Source: Cyanophora paradoxa CCMP329
Lineage: Eukaryota; Plantae; Glaucophyta
DNA length: 64,000 bases
Direction of reading: 5' to 3'
NCBI GenBank assembly: GCA_004431415.1
Contig: QPMI01000411.1
Coordinates: forward strand, 124,001 to 188,000
This document shows, in pieces, positions 50,456 through 62,400 of the stretch (position 1 is its first letter; each line of letters begins with the position of its first letter). The notes beneath the pieces were generated by a model, which searched no databases, was not told the DNA's origin, and saw only the letters and a list, made by a program, of their open reading frames with translations. Position numbers and translations under genes: made by a program.

Positions 50456-53389
50456 ATGGCGACCGACCAGCCGAGGCCTCGCGACGATGAGAACAACTCC
50501 CGCAGAGACACGCGCAAGGTCCTAAAGGACAAGACCAAGGTGCGCTTCCCGGCCGCCTGCCTGGGCGGGACTGACTTTCTCGATGCCAGTTCGCGCCTTT
50601 GATGGAGTTGATGTATGCGGGTGCGCGGGGGCGGTCTGGCTCGGCTGCGGCACGCTCTGATTCAGGCCCAGCTTTCGAGGGCGACCTGGATAACGTGAAG
50701 ACCGTGATTGAGTCCGGAGTCATCGATATCAACCTCGGAGACTACGGTGCGATAGCTAGTGCAGCCCTCGCACACCGGGCTGGCGCCGGCGGCCTCGCTA
50801 GATCGCAGCGCCAGGTGTTGATTAGCGCCGCTAACCGTCGCGCCTCGCTCTTCTTTGCACGCAAAGACCACCGTACTGCGCTACACGTCGTGCGTATATG
50901 CGCCCAAGACGCGTGCCCGGCGCGCAGGGTCCGGCCCGGTCCCCGCTGACGCCTTCGTGGTTCGCCCGGCAGGCCGCCTCAGAGGGCGAGCTCGAGATCG
51001 TGCGGTACCTCATCTCAAAAGGGGCCGACTTCAACGCGAAGGACAGGTGGCTCAACACGCCGCTGCAGGTCCGCGCCCGCTGCCCTCGCCCCCGCACTCT
51101 GCGCACGCTTCCCGCGCCTGACGCCGCCAACCCGCGCAGGACGCGATCAGGCACCAGTGCGCGCTTCGGAATCGTGGCTGTGGCGCTTCGCGCTTAGCTA
51201 TCGCCCCGGGGCGCCGCAGGCACGACCAGGTGGTGGACCTGCTCGCCAGCCACGGGGCGAAGGCCGACCAGGAGGATCTCGCGCTCGCGCTCTGCAACGC
51301 GGCGAGCCGCGGCGCGATGGGCGAGGTCACGCGGCTCGTCAAAGCCGGCGCCGACGTCAACAGGGGCGACTACGGTCCGGGAGCCGTTGCAGCCTGGCCC
51401 GCCACCGCGCCGCGCCGCGCTCACCGCGGGCCGGCCGCAGACCATCGGACGCCGCTGCATCTCGCCGCCAGCGAAGGTGCCGGGCCCCTCCCTCCCTCCC
51501 TCCCCCCTCCGGTGGCGGGAACCCCGGGGCGGGGCCGAGCGCGGGGCGCGCAGGGAAGCAGGACGTGTGCCAGTACCTGCTGGACCTCGGCGCCGACTTC
51601 CACGCGCTCGACCGGTGGCGCAACACGCCGCTGCAGGCGCCGCCTTCCTTTTCCTTCCTTTCCTCTCTTTCCCGCTGAGGCGGGGGCGGGCGGGCAGGAC
51701 GCGCTGCGGCACAACAAGGACAACGTGGCGAAGCTGCTCACGAACAAGGGCGCCCAGGTGAGCGGGCCGGCTGCCTCGCACGCTGGCCTGGGGCGGGCTA
51801 ACTCGCGGGCGCAGGTGTCGGACCGGGACTTCTCGGTGGACTCTGCCTTCACGTGGGAAATCGACTTCTCGGAGGTCACCCTCGTGGACAAGATCGGCTC
51901 CGGCGGTGCGCGCCCCGCCCGAGAGCGTGGGCGCGGCCGCCCTGCAACGGGGCGCGGGGGCAGCGTTCGCGGAGGTGTGGAAGGGGCTCTGGCGGGGGAA
52001 CAAGGTGGCCATCAAGAAGCTGAAGGCGCAGGACGTCAGCCCGCAGTCCGTCATGGAGTTCCGGCGCGAGGTCGCCATGCTCTCGTGCGCCCCGCGCCGC
52101 CGGCCGGCCGGCCCTCGCGCCCCCTGCCGGCCGCCTCTTTTCGGGGGCCGGCTTGAGCGATGCGGGGGCGAGCAGAAAGATCCGGCACCCGAACATTGTG
52201 CTCTTCATGGCGGCCTGCACGAAGCCGCCGAACCTCGCCATCTGCTGCGAGGCGCGCACCCGGCCCCCTCTCCTCCGCCCCGCCCCGCCCCGCTCTCTCC
52301 TCACCCGCCCCGCAGTTCCTGGGCGGCGGCTCCATCTACGACGAGCTGCACGGCAAGGGCGGGCCAAGGAAAATCGAGTACCCCGTTCTCCTCGAGTACG
52401 GCGTCGACGTCGCCATCGGTGTGTCCCCGTACCCCCTGGCCACATCCCCATCCCGCTCACAACGAATTAGGGATGAACCACCTGCACAAGAGCCACTTCA
52501 TCCACCGCGACCTCAAGAGCGCGAACCTCGTGGTGCGTTCCGGTACCCTCCTTCCGTCCGCTGGCCCGGGCCGACGCCGGCCTCGTCCGGCAGCGGGACG
52601 ACCGGGGTACGATCAAAATCGTGGACTTCGGCCTCTCCCGCATCGAGGACGAGTACGGAAACATGACCGGCGAGACGGGTGCCGTACCCCCACCCGGCCT
52701 CTCCCCCTGGTTCCCGACCTTCTCCTTCCTCCAGGCTCGTACCGGTGGGCGGCCCCCGAGGTGCTCCGGAACGAGCGGTGCGGCCCGCCCCGCGCCGTCC
52801 GCACCCGTACCCCCCTGACGCTTCAGCCCCCCCCCCCCCCCCCCCCCCCCAGGTACTCTGAGAAGGTGGACATCTACAGCTACGCGATCGTCATCTGGGA
52901 GATGCTCACCGGCGAGGCGCGTACCCGTCCCCCTCCCCTCCCCTCCCCCTCCCCCTTTCGCTGAGGCCGGCGCAGGTGCCGTACTCGGATCTGTCGCCGA
53001 TCCAGGCGGCGGTGGCGGTCGCGGAGAAGAACGTTCGCCCGGAGATCCCGAAGGGGACCCCCGCCGGCCTCGCCCAGCTCATCTCGGAAATGTGGGACCC
53101 CGTCCCTGCGTGCGTACCCCCCCCCCCCCCCCCCCCGCGCACGCTTCTCCGGGTGCCCCCGAGGCGCGTGCTGAGCGGGGGCGGCGGGGGCGGACGCAGA
53201 AACCGGCCGCCGTTCGAGGAGATCGTTGCGCGGCTGCGGCACCTGCGGGAGGAGTACGAGGAGAAGATGCGGTCGGGGAAGAGCTGGTTCGCGCGCAAGC
53301 TCGAGCAGCTGCGCGGGGACGACAAGGAGAAGGAGAACGGGCGCTCCTCCAAGACCGGCCGTGCCCGCACCCCCTTCTTCGACGACTAG
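50456..53389 (+). CDS. Ankyrin-repeat tyrosine-kinase-like (Raf-like, ILK/VIK-type) protein kinase
   Basis: Two ankyrin blocks (GDYDHRTALHVAASEG..DRWLNTPL; GDYDHRTPLHLAASEG..DRWRNTPL). Kinase motifs WEIDFSE, IGSGAFAEV, VAIKKL, HPNIVLF, IHRDLKSAN, DFGLSR, GSYRWAAPE, KVDIYSY, RPPF. Confidence 0.96.
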
Positions 53390-53929
53390 CGCCACCGCCC
53401 CGCCCCGCCCCGGCCCCGCCCCTGCCCCCCCCCCCCCCCCCCCCTCTGCCCCTCCTCCCATCTCCTCCTCCTCACCGGCACCCGCCCGCCAAGTCACCTC
53501 ATGCCACTCTTATTTCCGTTTCGCTTCACGAGATCTAGGCAGTATCTGGCGTGCGCGTGCGCTGCAGCGGCGCAGCACATTTAGGGTCGTGCTGACGTGG
53601 CTGCCGGCGACGCCCGCGGCTCCCTGAAAGTTTATCCGTGCAGCCAGGTCATCGCTTTGCTAGTTGCCCGGCTGCGCCAGTTTTGTCCCCGACCCCTTTC
53701 ATGTTCATGCATGTGCATATATATTCGGTGACAGAGCAGTACGGACTCCTCGGGAGCTCGTCACGGCCCCGCGCGCGTTACGTCACGGCGTTTTCAAGTT
53801 TTTACGGCGTCACGGACCTCACTGAGGCACGGTTGCACTGACAAGCGCTTAGCTTAGTAAGCTAGCCGCTGAGCCAAGCAAATGCCCCAAAATTTTCGCC
53901 AATTTCCGAAGTTCAGTAGCGAACGACGT

Positions 53930-55030
53930 TGCCTGTAGTGACAGACTGTCACAGACTCTGATCATGACTCATGAGACACTGACAGTGTGGCGGGGGGGGT
54001 CCCTTGCCAGAGCCTCCGAGGCTCGCGTATCGCGATCGGAGGGGGCGGCCGGGCCTCCGAGGCCGGGCTCGGCCGGCCTGGGAGGCTGGGCCCGGGCCCC
54101 GGGGCCGGCCGCGCCGCGGGGGCCCGGCCCGCCCGCGGGGCCGGCGTGGGCCAGGGGGCCGGCCCGGGGCCCGGGGCCGCGGGCCGCGGCCCGGGCCGCC
54201 CGGCGGCGGGCCCCCGGGCCGGGCCGGGGCCCGGGGCCCGCCGCGGGGCCCGGGGCCCGGCCCGCCCGGGGCCCCGCGCCGGGCCGGGGGCCGATGATCC
54301 CGGGTCCGATCATCGGACTCCGGGGCCGGGGCCCGGGGGCCGGCGGGGGCCCGGGCCGCCCGGGGGCCGGGGCCCGGCGGCCGGGCGGGCCCGGGGGGGC
54401 GCCGGGGGCAGCCTGGCAGACTCTGAGAGTCCCCGCCGAGTCGGCGCCGACTCCCCGGCAGACCCGGCAGACTCCCCGCGGCCAGTGGGCAGTACTAGTA
54501 CGTATAAGTTCGGTATAACAGAATATTAGTGCGCGCATAGTATTAATGCGCCCCCAATTAATCATTGAATTGCGTTTTCTGCCGTCAAATCGCATTATTT
54601 AAAATTTGGGGGCGCATTAATTAATAAATACTGAATCGCAAATTTTTAAGAAACTGCGGTCTGTACCCCCCACATGCAGCCAAAAGGCTTAAAATTCATG
54701 ATCAAAACGCATTATAATTTGGTGCCGCGCATATATATTAGCCAAAATACTTAGCAAAAAAGGATCCAAACGGGCTAAGACCCCGCCGTCGGAAAAAAAC
54801 GTATATGTATATAAGAGCCCTCGGCCGAATTCAGTCATTAGTATATTAACCCCACTTTATAAATTTCAGGCCGCCGGGCTAGTTTCAGCCGAATTCCGAG
54901 TCAGTCATTAGTATATTAATTATAACCAGGGGTTACGGTATCGACGGGGGGTTGCAGCCAGCGCTAGCGGGTTGCAGGCTAACTTGCAGCCTTTTTTAAA
55001 CTTGCAGGTACGACGGGTATATACCAGGTA
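53930..55030. repeat. Palindrome-built composite intergenic element (GC-extreme core plus AT-rich arm with inverted and direct repeats)
   Basis: Core 54040-54410 consists almost only of ggccc/gggcc palindromes. There is a 16-bp inverted repeat at 54542-54557/54606-54621 and a 19-bp direct repeat at 54831-54849/54901-54919. Confidence 0.65.
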
Positions 55031-56059
55031 CTAGCCGCAGGCCCGCAGTACAGTAGCAGCTAGCTATGGCCCACGCGCACCCTCGGGCCTGCGCATGCAG
55101 CTGCCGCGGCCCGACGTCGACGCGCTCGCCCGGCGCGGCCGAGTCGCATATGCATGCGCAGGAGTCGCCAGCCTGCTGGCAGAGGCGAGCGCGCGCCTGA
55201 TCATGACTCATGATCACTGATCAGCGGCGATTCAGCGCTGCTCATGATCAGCGGCTAGCCTAGTACTACCGGTAGTAGCGCTGGGCATGCATGTACATGT
55301 GCATATGGGAGCTGCGCATCTTTGGATTCGGCGTGGCAGCTGCGCGCCACGCGCGGCAGATTAAGCTGCAGCGATTAAGGATCATCGGCCCGGCGGCCAG
55401 CTCAAGCTCAAGGATCAAGCCTTGAAGGAATTACAGAGTGATCCGATGATCATCATCATGCGACTCCGCCGCAGTGCGCTGCAGGTTTAATGAACAAGTC
55501 AAGGATCACGGTCACTGGATCACTGGTGCTTAGCTAGATTGTAGGCCAGCTACGTATACCGTCGTGCGGCGGGCCAGTTTCCCGCGGTGCGCGGCGCGCT
55601 CCAGCTGCAGCTGGCAGCAGCAGGGCCGAGTCGACGCTCTCTACATCTGGATTCTGGAGCCGCTGAGCGCCACCAAGTCAGTCGAAGCACTGCATGCGTA
55701 GCTGCAGCGGCTCGCAATCAGCTGGCTTGCCGCGCGCGCGGTCCACGCATCCGCATCACGTTCTCAAGGCCTAGACCCGCAGGAGATGACGAGCCGACAG
55801 CGACGGCGCATCAGCGTTAAGCCTTAGCTTGGAGGCCCCCAGCTGCAGCTGCGTCAGCACACGCATGCAACTGAAAGACGTCGACGCCACCATGCGGACA
55901 AGTGCTCGCGCTCCAACATTCGCAGCCATCGCAAAGTTCGCAAGCGAAAGTCAAGGTCGAGCGAGTATGCAAAACGCTCGTTCAACAGCCATGGGCAGCT
56001 CGTTAACACAAGCACCGAAACAAGGACGCCAGCGAGACGCGTGCGGGGCTCTGGAGTCG

Positions 56060-56375
56060 ATGCCCTGGAAAACATGGAGGCGGGTGTTTCCACTTTGTGT
56101 TGGTGCCGTCCTGCTCCTATGCCTCGTTTGCAATTGCGAAGGTATGTTTTTCAATATGCATACCCTGTGAGCGACCTCGCACGTGCATGATCATGATTTT
56201 GCGAACTCCGCAGCTGGCGTGACTGTAAACACAAGAAACCCTTTTGCCTTAAACCTCGCCGGAGGCTACATAGCGCCGCAGCCCGCCGCGGATCTTGATT
56301 GGAGCAATTCATCGACTCGCCTCACGATTGAGATGTGGTCAGTGGTTCCGAGCTTTCCCGAAGTTCCGCTGCTGC

Positions 56376-56418
<43 letters not shown>

Positions 56419-59400
56419 CGAACTTCGCGTGAACGTGACCCATTATATACGCGGGCAGGCTCAAACCAAGCGAAGAGTCGGCCAGTGTTTCGGACGCCTC
56501 TCTACGGGGCATCTTTGTGCACGGAGAGCCGGGCGGGTCAGGCTCGGACATCGATCTCGGAAACGTCGATTTCGCCCTCGTGCGCACCAAAACTTGATTC
56601 CTCTCCTCAACACTGCCCCCGAGTCACCGCTCCTCTTCCCCACTTTCCGTCCCCCTCCCTCCCCAGTCCCCTTGAGCGTCCCGCCCCTTTTCACGCGCCT
56701 TCCTTCGACCTCGAGTTCGATCCCGGCCCGTTTCTCTCTCCCCACATACCGCACCCGATCCGGGCCCCCTGGCACGGCGTGACTTGCCAAACGCTTTTGC
56801 TCCGTTTGCTAAAGCGGATGCGTTTTCAGGTCTCCACAGCAGGGGCGCTCCGAGTGGAGCGTTCCCGACAAGGACTGCAGACTGGACCTGTTCTGATAGC
56901 AAACAAGGTGAGCAATATGCATATGCGTATGCTGTCTCTGTCCTTCCCGACCTTCGAACGAACTGAGAACGCTCCATTTTCTGCAGTGGGTGCACGTAGC
57001 AGTGACCTTGCTCGCTGAAGACGTGAATGCGTCGGTTCTCATATACGTCGATGGGATTCCACGAGCGAATGGAACCCTGCCAGCGATGGGCGCATATTAC
57101 GCAGGACCCCCGATCGTCGGCGCAGCGCCAGCAGCCGTCTCAGGCTCTTCGAATCCGAAGGCTGTTAGGGCTTTCACAGGTCTGCATTTTGATTAGCTAT
57201 AGCGTCCGAGACTGCAGTACGAGGTTCTCACGCTGCGCAGGAACCATTGACGAGGTTCGGGTGTGGTCCCGAGTGCTGGCTGCGAGCGAGCTGGCTCTGT
57301 ATGTTCAAGGAGCAGCCACGGGTTCGCTGACAGCAGGGTTTGGTCTCGTCTTGTATTACAGGTCAGTCTAGTGCTAGCGCTTCGAATTCGTTAACGGATG
57401 GTTGGATCCGAGCAAAGCGCTTCACAGCTTCGACGGCGACTCATCCACCGGAGGTATTCTGGCGAGAGACGTGGCGGGCGATCACGACGCGACGTTTTAT
57501 GATGACATGAGATCGGCTCTCGCCGCACCCTCCGAGCTCGTAAAGCACGCGTTACAGAGCGCGATCCCTGACACGACCTCCACGGTCTCGTGCCCCCTTG
57601 CTGTCGCTCCCGGTGACTCGATCAAGTGCACACGCTTTCCTCCCGCTTGAGCTTGTAGAATCCCTATGCCTTGCTTCACTTGACTGCTTGACTTTCGAAT
57701 TCCGTAGCTGCACGGTATCCATGAGGCGCTCGAAAACCAACACGACGTCCGAGAAGATCGACTCCGACGCCTCGTGGCTGCGCGTCGCCGTGTCCAAAGC
57801 TTCTACCGCCAACGCAACGCTAGGCGCCATGTCGCCCACCTCAGGCACAACCGCAAGCTCCGTCACGTTTAATGTCTCCTTCGCGCACGCGAACCCAGTC
57901 ACTGGTGACCATCGTTCCGCACCTCCCAGTCGGCTTTCGGCGTCTAAGATTCGAGACAGGGTTCTTTGAGTTTTCGATCAGCGTTCCAAGTGGACAGGTG
58001 TGAATCTGAGAACACCCTTGGAATGATCGCAAATTGATATCGCGAGCGCATTCGACTTCTCTCGCAGCTTGGCTCTGCCATTCGGATATTTATGGCTGAG
58101 CCGATCGCCTCGACCGCGTTCGGCCGCTCATCCATTCAGTGGCAGACGCATTGGGGGTAGCCCCTCGCCCCTTGGCTTCCAGCTGGCTCCCCTTACACTC
58201 CGGCCTTCCCCAGGTACTCCACGCCTTATCCGCCGACGTGGGCGGGCGACGTTGTCTATGGCACCTTTTTCCCTCGCCGAGGCATCGGCATCCCTTACAC
58301 AATTCCTCGGTGTGACATGCGGCGAAGAATATATATAATCTCATACCAAATCTCATCTGCCGCTTTTCTCCCAGCTCCTCGATTACGGTGAGTCCGAGTC
58401 GGACGACAGGGAACGTAACCATGGATTGGTGGCCTCCGCCCAGCGCTTTCTGGTACACTGAGGACCTCCGACCCGACTACGCTGCGGCCTTCCCCTTCTC
58501 GATCAAATTCCGAGCCGACGGCGAGATAGATACATCACGATGGGACAAGTTCTGCGTCACTCGGCAGTGCGAGCCTTGTTTGCTTCAGCGCTCCTCAAGA
58601 GTGCGCGCTTCCCAAACGTACGCAGCTTTTCGATTCGAGTGGCGATCGGGGAGAGAACCTACGACACCGATACCCACCCATTTTCCGTCTGTGGTGGGCA
58701 ATTGATCATGATTCCGAATACGCCCCCTCGAGCTACGTACATCTAACTTGAGCCATCGGACAGACAACCTGTTAGACTACGGGTGCGTTTTTCGAATCAC
58801 TGGCTGCCCAGCCGCGAGCGATTGATTGGTCGTGATCGCTTGTCTTCGTATAGATATTACAACTTGAAGCAGCAAAACCTTACACGGACCTTCCGATTTC
58901 TCAACGTACAAAATCGATATTTTTTTAATATAGTATATACCATCTTGATAATCTCAAACTTATCTGGGTCTTCATCGTAACAGTTTTGGGAGTCGGCGCT
59001 GTTGATGCTGCCGAGGTGCGCGCGCGGTTTCTGCACATTCCCCCGTTTTTCTCCTCTGCATGGCTGATTCATAATCTCCGCACAGAGAAAACACAGGGGT
59101 CGCGGCTGGCCCGCCGATAGCGGTACAAAGCGCTTTCGTTGAATTCGATCCCCGGCCTTGAATTCGAATAATTTGATTGCGCAGCCGGGCACAGAATTCT
59201 TCGGGCAAACGTTCTTTGAGGACAAGACCTACTACAAACTCGTCTATGTTGATCCCGACGCCCTGCAGACTTTCGTGAGCAAGCCTTCCTTGCGCTCGCG
59301 CGCCTGGCTTCATACAGATGTGCCCGGCCGTGCGCAGCCGTATACCGACCCTGGGTTCAAGATAAGGACAAGCACATCGTGCGCTTTGCACTGCTTCTGA

Positions 59401-62400
59401 ACTACTATGACTGGTGTTCTGAGCAGTAATAGTTAATCTGATTCATCGAACAGAGATCCGGCGTGGGGATTCCTGGAAGGTTGCGAATGCAAAATGGGGT
59501 GGGTTACCTCCCTCGATGTGTGCAAGTCTGGATTTCACAAGGTTCGCATTTTCGGCTGCACGTCTTCATTTTCGGTTGCGCGTCTTCAGCTTCTCTAGCA
59601 CTCGAGCTTCTCTCTAGCACTCGAGCTTCTCTCTAGCACTCGAGCTTCTCTCTATTGCCGCCGCCTCGCCAACCGCATCCTCGAGATGGCCCCCTATTTC
59701 CGCCCCGCCCCGCCCCTGCACGTCCCAGACACACCCCGCATCTAGATCTGTATTCTGTATTCTTCAATCTTCAATCTATTCTATTCACCCCAGCACTCTT
59801 TCTTGCAACCCACGAGCGAGAACCTTCCAACTCTTTCTTTTTTTCTTGCAGGTTACTTCATGCAGCAAAGTCTGGCTTGTCGGAACGGTTTGAAGACAAA
59901 TCGAGAAGCTGGGAACACTCTTTCTCGGCTGACTCCTTCATTCAGGTTTGCGTGACGTTGTACATACCGTATATTAGTTGTACATGGTTCGCTCTTCGAT
60001 GCACGTAAATCCTGATCGAAGCGACGCTCAGGGGCTGATGTTTCGCATGCGCACGCAGGTTTATGCCGTATTCGGAATTCTCTGGCCCTCGTGTGGCTTT
60101 GATGGATCTACGTACGTCTTTTTTGAGACACGTTCCATCAAAGAAAAATCGAGATATATACACGCCGCAGGAGATACACCTTTCACCTTTCTGAGCAAGG
60201 GGTACTGCATCGCGCGATTGCAGTGGATGATCCATGCAGCACTTTGGTTGATTGACCGTGCAGATACAATTCTAACTCTGGACGAGAAATATCAACTGCC
60301 TTTCACCCCGATTGCCTGACCATCGATTGTTCGGGTGGCGCGTATCTTGGTTCTTCAGTAGCAGAGCTTACAGCATTTCTGACATCGAGCCATTTTCTTT
60401 CCGCATCACAGAAAGGGGAGACATACGCACCGAAGTAATTAACCTTTCCCCGCAACACGATGTGTCCAGTTTCGGCTTGTTTGATTGGCTCGCGCAGCTC
60501 TTTGAGAATGACCAGCTCCTCGCAAATCGTGCTCGAGCATCGTTCCACCAGCACTGGGAGTCGGCCAGCCTTTGCGGTTGCAGCACAATGTGCTGCGGCT
60601 CAATTTCGATGCCGCCCAAGATCCAGCTGTCGCTTCTTGGAGACTCCGACGTAACACAATGGGTCCCTGCCGCCCTTCCGGATTATCCAGACACGACCAG
60701 CGTGCTCGACTGCGGTACAAAGGCCGTACTTGTGCGTCTGTACATGTGCCTGCTTGTCAGCAATGCTCGATGCTGACGTCATGTTAGAGCGGAACACGTC
60801 TGAACTGTACTTTCGCGGGTCGTTTCGGAAGTCTCCCCATCTTCTATCGCATGTGGTGAGCATCTGGCCACTGCATCCGTGCAGTCAATCTTTTCTAGCC
60901 TTCCCTCAGGGACTTGTCCGTTGTGAGCCTTGAGTACAGTCGCGGATATCTGACCGACATTGTCCCGTTCGACCCTCCGTACACAACCTATTTTCTCCAC
61001 CAGAAAAACTGCACGTTCTCGCTTCGCATCCACACTACCACCGAGGGGAGCGGGACCGGCGCCCTGCAGGTGCTGCCGCCTCTGAGCTACGCTATATATA
61101 TATAAATCTGAGCACTGATTTCACGGTCTGCAGTTTTACGGGGAAGGGCGCGTCAGCTTCGGCTCGCTGGACATATCAGTTTTCCGTACGCGTGCTTTCT
61201 CTTGATCGCTCTTTTCTTCTTACTCCTCAATCAAGAACGCTAATCTCGCTCTAAAATGCAGTCTTTGCGGATTCTTCCAGCCTTATTGACTGTGGAGCAC
61301 TCACTACAGTGCCCGCAAACACCGCTGTCAGCTGCTTCGTATACCCGCGCTTTGAGGGTAGAGCTATGTCTACGTACTCCTCGGTTTTCGCCCCCTCGAC
61401 ATCGAGCGTCGACGTGAATGGCTCCGTTCTGCCTCGAGGGTCTGCAGGAAACGCAACCCTTCCACCGGACACTTCCGAGAAGCTGCCGATCGTGATCACT
61501 GCCGGCTCCGTGTCCGGGACCATCACCGTGACGGCAGCTCCGTGCCTAAACTTTGCGAGACTTCACGTGACTGGTGCGCGCGCATGCGTCAGCAGGGCCT
61601 TGCTCCGGACCGCCACTGACCATCGGCTTTGGCCCAGTCGACCCCGATGCGATACTCTTCGAGCACGATTGGACGGGCCCCTTCCTAATTCGCATGTCAG
61701 CGACCGTCACCCTCCATGCTAAGCTGACCGCGACGCTCAAATCGGCGCGGGTGTATCCCAACATAGCTGGACTGCGATTCGGTGTCAGCGGCAGCCTCAC
61801 CCTTGTGTCTTTGTACGACGTCGACCAGACGCTGCCAGCCTCTCCGACAATGACGGCGACCCTCTCGACCAGTCCGGACATCTGCCCGACGTGCACAGGA
61901 CCCGGAGTATATACGATCCGAAACGCGGCAGGAACGGTAATCTACAGCCTGCCCGTCCTGGTTTACAGTGCGCGAGCATATCGGTCCTTGTCTTGCGCAC
62001 GCGCACCGTTCATATTTGTGCGCAGCTACGCCGGGCGTCGCGGTGGTTTCTTGTCCAGACACGCCGATGACGGCTCGGGCTTTCAACTGCTCGGTCGCAT
62101 TCTACGACGTCGCTGATGGAACGTCGCTGTACGTTCACCTGGACGAGGTGGCGGCGGCGGTCTTGGGCGGATCGGTGAGCTTTGTGCCAACGAGCGACGG
62201 CCCCGTGCAGTCCACCACCGTCATCACCGTTCAGCCGGCCACGGACCCGCCTGCAGGCCTCAGCGGAAGCATCGCGGTTCACGTCAAGCTGACTTCGGGG
62301 CAAATTCTTGGATCCGCCCTTGTGCCGATCGTGTACGTCGCGGACAACAGCAGCAGTGTTGCGTGCACCAAAGTGCAGGTCGCCCTGGGAGAAGCGATTG

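Noticed and set aside
53964-54595. Collagen-like G/P/A/R ORFs on both strands
   Set aside because: They arise from the ggccc palindromic core, with no sustained Gly-X-Y register or splice context.
56183-57018. ORFs with IYIYIY repeats
   Set aside because: They are translations of an intronic (TA)n microsatellite.
59590-59655. CRISPR-like array
   Set aside because: The 19-bp units are contiguous with no spacers, sit inside a eukaryotic intron, and have no cas genes nearby.
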